DNA from: Octopus sinensis
Taxonomy: Eukaryota
DNA: 35,372 nt
Direction: 5' to 3'
NCBI RefSeq assembly: GCF_006345805.1
Contig: NW_021828096.1
Coordinates: 1 to 35,372, forward strand
Positions 10,781 through 20,489 of this stretch are shown here, in pieces. A program made the translations under genes and the position numbers. Below the pieces are notes generated by a model. It made no database searches. It was not told where the DNA came from and worked only from the letters and a program-made list of their open reading frames with translations. Each line of letters opens with the position of its first letter. Position 1 is the stretch's first letter.

Positions 10781-12974
10781 GAAATATTAAATTAATAAAA
10801 GGATGAAGGAAGATTGAAAAGCGGAGAAATTCAAATAAAAAAGAACCGGAAGATATTTGATAAGTGAACATGCGTAATCCAGGAAAAGGTAAAGGAGACC
10901 CGAACCAAAATTCAGTAAAAATAAAAGGGAAATGTAATAATGCATTTATCTGTCTGTGGGTATACTGGTTCCCAAATATTTTGAGAAATCGGAAATTCCT
11001 AGTTTATGGCCACGCAATCAGTTTAGATTCAACCGGAACCCTGGGCTCATTTAGCCAATTAGACATTTTACTCAATCAGAACTTTTTAACCAAACAGAAT
11101 CTAGCGGTCAGTGAAGCTGAGTTTTGACATTATGAAGCAAGTGAACATCTGCTCAGGCCAGTATTCTCTTGGCTCATTCACCGGGCACCAGTAAGTCCCT
11201 CTCTCCCATCAAAAGCCATGGCTGGACCATCTTAATGTCGCTTTCTCGTTTGGCCAGCTGTCAAATTGTTTTAGCTTCAACTAAATAGCTTCTTCTAGTT
11301 AAGGAAAAAGCAATTTGTGTATTTTCGTTTTCCTTTTAAACGGCTGGCCTTTATCGGATGATACATATTTGAGACAGCACAAAATGTTTCATCGCCAAGA
11401 AGACAGGAAAATATTTTCCATTATACTTTTTTAAAGCCCTGAGAAAGGAGTCCTAAATCAGAAATATTGAAATACCAGCTAAACTATCAGTGTGTTTCAT
11501 TTCTATAAATTGCATTATTTTAGCTTAAAAATATAATGAAAAGAATGAAATACTTGTTAATTTTCTGTAATGCATTTGTAGAATATAAATTACATAATTT
11601 ATTCATACAATTTATAGTTTCACAAATAAAAAAACCGTTTTGATATTTTGTAAGTCAGGATCTGAGATTTTCCATATGGAATTGATGGACAGCTAATCTA
11701 ATGATTCTGCTAGACGGCACTTTCAGCTCAATATGCTGCATCATACGTAGTTGCGATGTTAGCTTCCTATAAGCCCAGAGCCATGCTGAAGTGACAGCAA
11801 GTATATTTAGAAAAGTTTAGGCAATGTTTTCAATAGTAAATTTCAGTTTCTATAAAATGTGTAAATATTATTTTCGAAACCATGAAAGTATATTTCTCTC
11901 CTTTTAAGAGAGCGGAATGACAAAATACCTTCAGCTATAATTAATATGCAATCACACAGTATATTTTATTGTTAAAACAATGTGTTTATAAACTTCAAAA
12001 TAAAATGGATAATTTAAAACTATTTCGAAAGAATCGAATATTTACAAATATATATAAGATTCGTGTCAATTTGCAAACTATGATGTATAAAACGATCTCA
12101 AGATCCGAGTTCGTTTTATCATCAAGAAAAAAAAAGCAAAAGAAGAAAACTCCAAAACAATAATTGTTTTTAAATTAAAAATTTTAAAATGTTTAATGTT
12201 TTCCTAAATATTTTCTGAAATTATTTCGGCTTTCTTTGACATAGACAACTGTTTAGTGCTGGCGAGGGAATTGCGTATAGTTTTATAATCTACATTAATA
12301 CATAAATCAAAAGGTAGCAACAGAGAGATTTGCATTATATGAATCTATAATATCGGAGCTATTTGATCATAAAAGCTAAATTTTCTGATGGTTTGCTTAA
12401 TGAGATTCGTCATCAAATAATCTTCCCCTCCACAGACGTTGAAAAATACAAAATCCAAATAACCGTGAATGTAAAAGTACTAAAAATAATTGTTAGCACA
12501 TGATATAGATCACTGGATAATGGTATAAAACAGAAGATGCATAAAAATTGTTAAAAAATAAGGCTTCAGAAAATAATAACTTTATTGATTTGGCAGTAAA
12601 TATGTTTAACAGAGAAAATTATTCTTTTGTGCCGGATTATTAACTGACTTAAATCGCTGACGTTGTTTTCTCTGGAGAATACACATAAAGTCTTTCATTT
12701 AATGCATTAACTTGTCAGCTTCGGATATGCTTTCGTAGCTGCTGTTTGTTCGATTGTTTTGTAAACGTTATAAATTTGGGTCGTTGAGATAGAAAGAGAA
12801 AGATAAGAGAAGCTGGCTCCGAACGTTGATTACATACAAATTCAGATGTTATAAACACTCTTTCGTAAGAAATATTAAATAAACATTTGTAGAGACTAGA
12901 ACCGGCCATTTCATTCCTAACTCCCAACTTATATTCTAAAACCTGAGGGTTTACACACATACTTTTTTTATCGT

Positions 12975-13145
12975 TTATTAGTTTCATCCACTAGACAGCG
13001 GCCATGCTGGTGCATTGTCTTGAATTTTAGTCAAACCCCAGTACATATGATTTTGAAGCCTGATACTTATTCTATCGGTCTCTACGTTTCCCGAACATGG
13101 CAGTTAGGCAAACACCGGTTGTCAAGCGGTGGTTAGGGACAAAGT

Positions 13146-13208
<63 letters not shown>

Positions 13209-13362
13209 AGTGCTTCTTCCAGTTTCCGTCGACCAAATTCACTCAAGGCTTTGGTCAGCCTCAGGCTATAGTATTAAACACTTGGCGAAGGTGCCACGAA
13301 GTGGGACTGAATCCGAAACCATGTGGCTGGGAAGCAAGTTTCTTACCACACAGCCACACCTG
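12975..13362 (-). mobile_element. Family A tRNA-derived SINE with an internal (TA)n/(TG)n tract
   Basis: Reverse complement aligns with 26187-26622, including the CCAGCATGGCC tail. Confidence 0.88.
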
Positions 13363-13413
13363 TACACACATATGTTGTCGAGCATATCTTTGGTCATAGC
13401 ATGTAACCAGTCA

Positions 13414-13474
13414 AAGCTACCACTGGTTTCACGTCTGCTATTGCACTTGGCAGTAAATGCGAGTCATCAGACCT
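13414..13474 (-). ncRNA. Type I hammerhead-like motif, minus-strand copy
   Basis: Minus strand AGGT CTGATGA ... GAAA CCA G TGG TA GCTT: intact core, helix III ACCA/TGGT, GUA site, helix I with two G-U wobbles; helix II disrupted. Confidence 0.5.
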
Positions 13475-13678
13475 GCTGGCCGGAAACACATATAATATTT
13501 ATCTTCACATGGAGATAATATATACTGACTCATTTCAGCCAAAACTGGAAGAGTTCAAATGAAAATAACTTCTTTTCCTTAACGAAAAGGGTTTTTAGTT
13601 TCGTTCTTTTTTTAATACCAAACTAACCAAAACTATATATTTATCTCCATTTGTAAAGAGGCCAAGATTCCAACCAAC

Positions 13679-13735
13679 AGGTCTGATGAGACGCATTGCC
13701 AAGTGCAATAGCGGACGTAAAACGAATGGTAACCT
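13679..13735 (+). ncRNA. Type I hammerhead-like motif, plus-strand copy
   Basis: Helix I AGGT/ACCT; CTGATGA 13683-13689; extended helix II (ACG/CGT, ATTGC/GCAAT); AAAA instead of GAAA; TGGTA cleavage context. Confidence 0.5.
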
Positions 13736-13850
13736 TCATACCAGTTATTACCATAACCAAAAATATACTACTCAACTACATAAAATATAACTACTCAAAT
13801 TTTCTTTTAGAATGTACTTTCCCCCACCGACTTATGAACAACTGACCGGG

Positions 13851-13886
<36 letters not shown>

Positions 13887-13891
<5 letters not shown>

Positions 13892-13982
13892 AGAGGGATG
13901 CCCACAACGTGGATATCCATATGCTAGAAGTAGATCCGCTTCTAGCATATGGATATCCACGTAGTGGTCATCCCTCTTATAT
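13887..13982. repeat. Foldback hairpin: 44-bp arms, 2 mismatches, 8-nt loop
   Basis: 13887-13930 is the reverse complement of 13939-13982; loop tagatccg. Confidence 0.95.
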
Positions 13983-14090
13983 GTATGTAATAAATTTTTT
14001 CCGTTTCTTCAGATTTTAATATGCTAGACCACTGGTTTTAAATTGATATTGATCAAATTAATATTCAACTTTTCACCCTTATTTTTATTT

Positions 14091-14098
<8 letters not shown>

Positions 14099-14172
<74 letters not shown>
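14099..14172. repeat. (TG)n microsatellite
   Basis: Direct reading. Confidence 0.95.
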
Positions 14173-14280
14173 TATGCTTGCATATCCATGGTTAACAGGT
14201 AATTTACACCGGTAGTAATAACGGATATTCTTATCCCTTAGACAGTTACTCCAACCGCTAACTCTGTGTGTGTGTGTATG

Positions 14281-14324
<44 letters not shown>

Positions 14325-14474
14325 CATATATATATACAGATATAATAAGGTTGAATGTAGATTCGTCCTTGAATTTGGAGGTTTCCCAAAAAGATTTCTA
14401 ATGTTTATTCTTCACATTTTGCTGGTAGTTTTCGGGCGTAAATTTGTGAATATGAAAATAATACTTGCGTATGG

Positions 14475-15030
14475 TGAAGTTATGAAAAGTCATCCCATAA
14501 AACTCAATTTCGTTGAAAATGGGATCGTTTCGTAGGGAGATATAGAAATAATGCAAATTCATGATTGAATTAAATTAAATTAAATTAAATTTAATTAATT
14601 AATCATATATAAATGTACTCTTCAGTGAAGGAAGTATAAACAACATTTTTACAATGAACTTGAAAAAGGAAATTAGAGAAGAATAGAATCTAGAAGATTC
14701 ATATTTATCCTAATAAGAAAGAGATGCGAGTCCAGTTCGATGTTAGAGTTATAGTTAGTACCTCACTTGACTCACATCTCTTTCGCATAACGATTCCTAG
14801 ATTCTATTGTTCTGCTATTTCCTTTCTCAAGTTCACTGTAAAAATTTTGTTTAGATTTCCTGCACTGAAGAGTACATTGATATACAATTAATTTATTCAA
14901 TTCAATCTTGAATTTGCATTATTGCACGATTGTCTGCATTAATTAAAATTATCTTATATATTTTAACAACTTTTCTCCATTTTTAACTAAATTGTTGAGT
15001 TTTATAGGATTTCTTTCCATAAACTCAACA
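14475..15030. mobile_element. About 550-bp imperfect palindromic (foldback/MITE-like) element
   Basis: Nested reverse-complement blocks: 14547-14561/14909-14923 (15 bp perfect), 14612-14627/14863-14878 (16 bp perfect), 14646-14693/14797-14844, 14717-14732/14769-14784; outer ataaaactcaa/ttgagttttat. Confidence 0.8.
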
Positions 15031-15163
15031 CACATCATATATATATATATATATATATATATGTAAGTTCAGCAAAATTTAGATTCAAATGAATATGGTA
15101 CTTAAGTCAGATGCACCAGAATTTTGTATGGTACTATCCATATAAATCCACGGGGTGATTATA

Positions 15164-15351
15164 ATCAAAATAAGCAACAAGTATATCTTCGGTAATTTGG
15201 TACGATCGTTTCATGCTACATCATTTTATTAAACATTGTAAGTATTACATCAGTTTTAAAATGTTGAGCAATTTTACAATGTTTAATAAAATGATGTAGC
15301 ATGAAACGATCGTACCAAATTACCGAAGATATACTTGTTGCTTAATTTGAT
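15164..15351. repeat. Near-perfect inverted repeat, MITE-like: 78-bp arms, 32-nt spacer
   Basis: 15164-15241 versus 15274-15351 with one mismatch; inner 71 bp perfect; TA-rich flanks. Confidence 0.95.
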
Positions 15352-15435
15352 ATATATATATTTAAATAATATATATAAATCTATATATATATATAATATA
15401 TATATATATATAAATAACTTTATTTAAAATACTGG

Positions 15436-15645
15436 TCTTATATTTTAGCACAAGGCCAGCAATTTTAGGTAGCGTGTAATTCGATTATAATGCCCCCCGT
15501 GCGCGATTGGTACTTATTTTATCGATATTAAGATTATGAAAATCAAAGTCGACTCTGGCGGCTTTGAACTGGGAACGTAAAGTCAGGTGGAATTCTGCTA
15601 AGTATTTTGTCCGGCGTGCTAACTATTCTGCTAGCTTGCTGCCTT
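15436..15645 (-). mobile_element. Family B SINE, tail type B3
   Basis: cacaaggccagcaatttt...ggtacttattttatcga...aaagtcgactctggcgg...ccggcgtgctaac. Confidence 0.8.
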
Positions 15646-16172
15646 AATATAAAGAAAACTTTGCCTCTTATTTTATATATCAAATAGAGAAAGACCCAAT
15701 TAAGTGTGCATTTATACCAAGGTGCCATTAGCGCTGGACTCTTCTGGTTTACTCTTAAATACAAGTAAAATCTAAATACTTCTAGTTATGTGTTCATAAA
15801 CTTCCGGCATTTATGGTTAATTTCCAATGCTTCATCGCAGCTGCTATGTTTCTCATGCAAAATTTAAGAACTGTATCTCATCCGATGTCTACTCATTCAT
15901 CTTTTGCGGTCTTCATTTGAAATTCCGCTCTCTCGTCTCTTCATGTTTCAGTTGTCGAAGTGAATTTCTCTTGTGCTGGTAACAAAGAAATACTGGTTGT
16001 TGTTGCTGAATTGCTATCTTATAGTTGTAATTTCAGATTGACATTTGCGGTTGCATCAGATTATCAAGGATATTTCTGTTGCTGATGAAGAGAGGAGGAT
16101 GGGATTACAAAATCTGATTGTGTTCTTGCAGATCGAGGGAGTGTGTTGTAGGGGTTTGATAGAAATTAGAAA

Positions 16173-16380
16173 CAATAATACTTTCTACTATAGGTACAAA
16201 GCCTGAAATTTCGTGGGAGGGGACTAATCGATTACATTGAACCTCAGTGCTCGACTGGTACATATTTCATCGACCCCAATAGGATGAAAAGTAAAGTCGA
16301 CCTTATTTGAACTTAGAACGTAAAGACGGACGAAATACCGATCAGCATTTTGTCCGGTGTGCTAACGATTCTGCCAACAC
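16173..16380 (-). mobile_element. Family B SINE, tail type B2
   Basis: aataatactttctactataggtacaaagcctgaaattt...atcgaccccaataggatgaaaagtaaagtcgacc. Confidence 0.85.
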
Positions 16381-16387
16381 CAGAAAT

Positions 16388-16610
16388 GATAATAATCCCT
16401 TCTATTATAAGCAAAAGACCTGAAATTTGGAGAGAGTGGGGATAATCGATTACATCGACCCAGTGCACAACTGGTACTTATTTTATCGACCCCGAGAAGA
16501 TGAAAGGCAAATTCGACCTCGGCAGAATTTGAACTCAGAACATGAAGACAAATGAAATGCCACTAAGCATTTCGCCCGGCGTGCTGATAATTCTGCCAGC
16601 TCGCCGCCTT
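16388..16610 (-). mobile_element. Family B SINE, tail type B2
   Basis: Near-complete copy ending ctgccagctcgccgcc; B-box on the minus strand GAGTTCAAATT. Confidence 0.9.
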
Positions 16611-16640
16611 CATAATCATAATAATAATAATAATACTAAT

Positions 16641-17198
16641 AAAATGCCCTGATGCAGTACCAGTTAGTGGCTCTCATGGTTGCTGATCTTAACTGATTGG
16701 AAGTGTTATCATGTACATTGTTTTGTCTTGGTATAAAAGATGGGCTACGGAAAATATTCTGCTCAATACCACAGATTTGCTTGTCAGTTATTTGACCTTA
16801 ACCAGTTGAGCATGTCCCTTGGTGGCCGACGATATGTGCATATCTGACCACGAGCAGAAATAGTGGGGGAGCATCATAGCCGTGTGTTGAAAGGAATTCT
16901 TGGAGGTTTGGATAATTCACCTTTGGAAACATCGGTGTTTCGTTCAACATTCTTAAACAATCCTTATTCAGGGACCTTTTGAGCGGGATGGGCTACTCAA
17001 CCAGAAGAAAGTTTTAACTGCGCCCCACCTGCAAGGTCGTGTGCTGTTTATCTTGATATGAGATCACTATGTCGCGCATATATGGTTGTGATGTATGTGC
17101 CTGGTGTACTCTTATCAGACGGATAGTCATGATGGGTATATTGGGCTTCGTATATTTTACCCGTGTCACTTTGATGGCATGCACTACTCTCTCTCTCA
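16641..17198 (+). mobile_element. About 560-bp non-coding interspersed repeat (family C) flanked on both sides by (TAA)n
   Basis: TAA tracts at about 16611-16640 and 17200-17215; more GC-rich than the flanks; recognised from memory as a high-copy repeat. Orientation inferred from the TAA tail. Confidence 0.55.
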
Positions 17199-17199
17199 G

Positions 17200-17430
17200 T
17201 AATAATAATAATAATGGTTTCAAATTTTGCCACAAGGGCAGCAATTTTCGGGAGGATGGGATGAGTCGATTACATCGACCCCAGTGTTCAACTGATACTT
17301 ATTTTATCGACCCCGAAAGGATGAAACGCAAAATCGACTTCGGCGGAATTTGAATTTAGAACGTAACAATAGACGAAATATCGCTAAGCCTTTCGCCCGA
17401 CGTACTAACGATCTTGCCAGCTCACCACTT
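17200..17430 (-). mobile_element. Family B SINE, tail type B3
   Basis: tttcaaattttgccacaagggcagcaatttt...gtcgattacatcgacccc...ccgaaaggatgaaacgcaaaatcgacttcggcggaatttgaa. Confidence 0.9.
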
Positions 17431-17582
17431 TAATTATAATAATAAGAAGAAGAGCGCTAGCCTTGACAGCGATTGGACGAGTTCTTCGCTGCTCTGGCCA
17501 ATGGGCAGCCGAAGACACAGAAACACTAATACAACACAGCAGAACTGAGAAAAAAACCCCCAAAAAACAAAAAATAAAGCCG

Positions 17583-17915
17583 TCATATCTACAATTTCCT
17601 GTGAGTATTTTAAATTTCCTTGAAAATAAGTTTAAAAACTTGCATATCTACAATTGTCTCTCGCTGAACACAAACAATCATCTTTTAAAATCTTGAAACT
17701 TTAATATCTACAACTTTCTGTGCATATCTATCCTTTCCTTTCTCCCTGAGTATTCGAAAATGTGAACATCCTTTTATTGCAAGAACCCTGCAATTTTCTC
17801 TGGTCGGACACACAAACGATCATCTTTAGAAAATTCAAAAATTTTAATAACTACAATTTCCTGTGAAACTTTTATTCTTTTCTATTCGAATATGTAAACA
17901 TAACTTTTATTGAAA
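17583..17915. repeat. Degenerate tandem duplication, period about 140 bp
   Basis: caattgtctctcgctgaacacaaacaatcatctttt...ctacaactttctgtg recurs as caattttctctggtcggacacacaaacgatcatcttt...ctacaatttcctgtg. Confidence 0.6.
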
Positions 17916-17970
17916 CAACACTATCAAACGCACGATAAAAAAACCAAGGAGATAAGCTACTGCCAATATA

Positions 17971-18216
17971 CGTGGTCTGACCAATCAGTATCCAAACTGT
18001 TGCCATGTTAACGAAGCTAAAGCACGGAGAGTAAATTGACCTTAAATTCTTCTGTGTATGCGCATTAAGTTTTAACGTTCTAGCTCACATCCGCTGTTTA
18101 CAGCAGTGCTTGGAAGGAATGTGTGTAGCGTGTGATCGTCACATTCACCACGACAGAGAAAGTTGAGCAGAGAATCTGCATAAAATTTTATCAACAGCTT
18201 AGCAATAACTGCTCAG
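17971..18216 (+). mobile_element. 5' fragment of a second mariner family
   Basis: TA followed by TIR-like cgtggtctgaccaatcagtatcc; (A>ACG)TEKVEQRICIKFYQQL at 18150. Confidence 0.7.
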
Positions 18217-18895
18217 ACGTCTTCGGAAAGTTTTCATCGTTCTCCAAATAAGGAGATCTTGTGCAACTGAAACCGGAATGTCTTTTTGGTCAGCTGAAAG
18301 CAGTTTTTGCACAAACTTGGCAGTCACGCGTATCATACTCAAACCTTCAGTGGTAACGGACTGGATTGAACCGTAACTAATCTGCACATTTGATAACTCT
18401 CGGATGGTGGTGTGACAATTTCCCCTCACTGCTGTACGCACAGCTGCGATATTTTTCTCAGTTCTGCTGGTTGCTGGTCTCCCGGAACGTTCGTCAATAT
18501 CGACATTTTCCGTCCATCTTGTAGACGTCTGAATCACTCGTACACTTGCGTGCGACTCCTCTCCATACTCGTACACTTGTATGCGACTCCTCTCCATACT
18601 CGTACACTTGTATGCGACTCCTCTCCATACTCGTACACTTGTATGCGACTCCTCTCCATACTCGTACACTTGTATGCGACTCCTCTCCATACTCGTACAC
18701 TTGTATGCGACTCCTCTCCATACTCGTACACTTGTATGCGACTCCTCTCCATACTCGTACACTTGTATGCGACTCCTCTCCATACACTTTCTGCAACTCT
18801 GCATTGGCCTCTGAGCAGATATCACCACGACAATTTTGTCATGGTCAGTGCGATGATCACACGCTACACACCTTTCTTCTGCAAAACACTGCAAA
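18217..18895 (-). mobile_element. Inverted mariner 5' half (HTH region), degenerate
   Basis: Minus strand DIDERSGRPATSRTEKNIAAVR, TTIRELS, RVTAKFVQKLLSADQK; 5' UTR gtgtgtagcgtgtgatc shared with the plus-strand fragment. Confidence 0.85.
18536..18785. repeat. Minisatellite, 8 x 31 bp (actcgtacacttgtatgcgactcctctccat)
   Basis: Units 2-8 identical, unit 1 has two substitutions; no spacers. Confidence 0.97.
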
Positions 18896-19099
18896 ACCTA
18901 TGAAAAGAAAATTCAATGATGTAAATATCAGTATATAATTTTTTCTATCAGTAATTAAAAACAGAAGAGGTGAGTTGATCCTTTCCAAGGCCAACTTCAG
19001 CTCTCATTGATCGCTTGTAGTTGTAAACACATTTGACTTCTACTGACTGCAAGGGTGTGACACTTCTTTTGTTTCCTGATGACACAGGAAAACGAAGCT

Positions 19100-19103
<4 letters not shown>

Positions 19104-19133
<30 letters not shown>
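19104..19133. repeat. (CTA)n microsatellite
   Basis: Direct reading. Confidence 0.9.
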
Positions 19134-19135
<2 letters not shown>

Positions 19136-19275
19136 GTGACACGACATAAGGCTTAAGTACAAAGCCGATTCAGCCAGCCAACAAGCCATTTTACTACTAC
19201 TGCTGTTGTTGTCACCGCTGATACTACTACTACTACACATAGATTGAATAATAAAGGCAGCAATTGAAAACGGCG

Positions 19276-19965
19276 ATGGAAGGCTGCCCAGGCAAAGACA
19301 ACAACAATAACACAGGAAGCAATGACAACTTGTCAACCAACCCATCCCTCTCGGATCCTGTGGTTTGAGAACATAGCCTAGCTAGTGACAAAAGCAACAC
19401 CGTGGCTACAGAAGGACAACGGTCTTGGCCTTCATACACTGAACCTGTCCACCGAAGAAGATTACAAGTGAGCAATAGACTCTCTGAAAAGTCATTCGGC
19501 ATGATAGAAAGAGTAGTTACATCACTTTCAAATCGCATCTAACATCGCAAAGGAAGGACAGATCAGGTAGTGTACATCTATATGCGACTATCCATGTAAA
19601 CAGTACAGGGAATTGGTGCCACCCGGGCCCTGCATAGGCTAAACAGCAAAGAAGACCTACAGTATACTGTTAATGCAGAAGGGTTTACCAAAAATGGACT
19701 TGAGAGTGCTCGTGAATTCCGATCAAGAACAGCCAACGAGAGAGAAGAAACCCTACTCCGCATGGAATTACATGGTCAGTTCCACCGTGAAACCAACAAA
19801 TTAAAAGACCAGGAAACATCATGGAGGTGGCTTAACAAGGGTGACCTGAAAAAGAATACTGAAAGCCTAATCATCGCTGCCCAGGATCAGGCATTGAATA
19901 CCAACTCAGTGAAAAAGAGTATATACCACACAAGTGCAACGAATATCTGCAGAATGTGTGTATAG
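19276..19965 (+). pseudogene. Dong/R4-clade non-LTR retrotransposon fragment
   Basis: LHGQF...SWRWLNKGDLKKNTESLIIAAQDQAL...CRMC is the typical R4/Dong segment before the zinc finger. The frame is open from 19600 and continues upstream to ATG 19276 with three stops. No RT motifs or REL nuclease seen. Confidence 0.8.
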
Positions 19966-20489
19966 ACGTTGAGTTGAAGTGTGCGCAGAAGTATTGAGAG
20001 CAAATATAATGGGAAGAGGAGGAGAATTGTCGTAAGTAGATAGGACAAAGGTGAAGAAATGCGAGCTCTGTCCGTACAGACTTGGAGTAATTTAGTTGTG
20101 TTAACTTTCAATATTTTGGAATAAGTCACTCATGATAACAGGAATTGACTTGCTTATCACTTATATTCGTTTGAAGTAACTCAATAGAAAGAAACCTAAG
20201 ATTTTGTGGAGCAAAGATACCAATTAAAATCGGCGATGGTGGTAGGTTACATTTCTGACAAGTTTGTGGATTAAAAATGCTGAAGTGAACTGTGAGTTCA
20301 GTGTCTGTAAAAAGTGATGAGTTTTGAGTTTCTATTTCGTTATTTTTCGGTACAAAATCGCATCTTGTACTTTTCTAACGTGCAAACTTAGTACTTTTAA
20401 AAAAATATATTTTGTTTGGTAGGTTTGGCATTTGTAGAATCTTCTACGAAATGTTAAAATTACTTCATCCAGAAGATGAACTTATCTTT

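Larger units (their letters stand above)
13382..13767. mobile_element. Head-to-head inverted pair of a hammerhead-bearing repeat (arms about 13382-13524 and 13633-13767)
   Basis: cacgtctgctattgcacttggc...tcatcagacctgctgg is the reverse complement of ccaacaggtctgatga...gccaagtgcaatagcggacgt; similarity extends to both sides. Confidence 0.85.

Noticed and set aside
18536-18785. CRISPR-like array
   Set aside because: Units are contiguous with no unique spacers, derive from transposase sequence, and sit in eukaryotic DNA with no cas genes.
19070-19095. CTGATGA…GAAA as another hammerhead
   Set aside because: Only 5 nt between the motifs, so no helix II, and no helix I or III pairing. Other CTGANGA hits (16082, 14865, 30161 minus) also lack the geometry.
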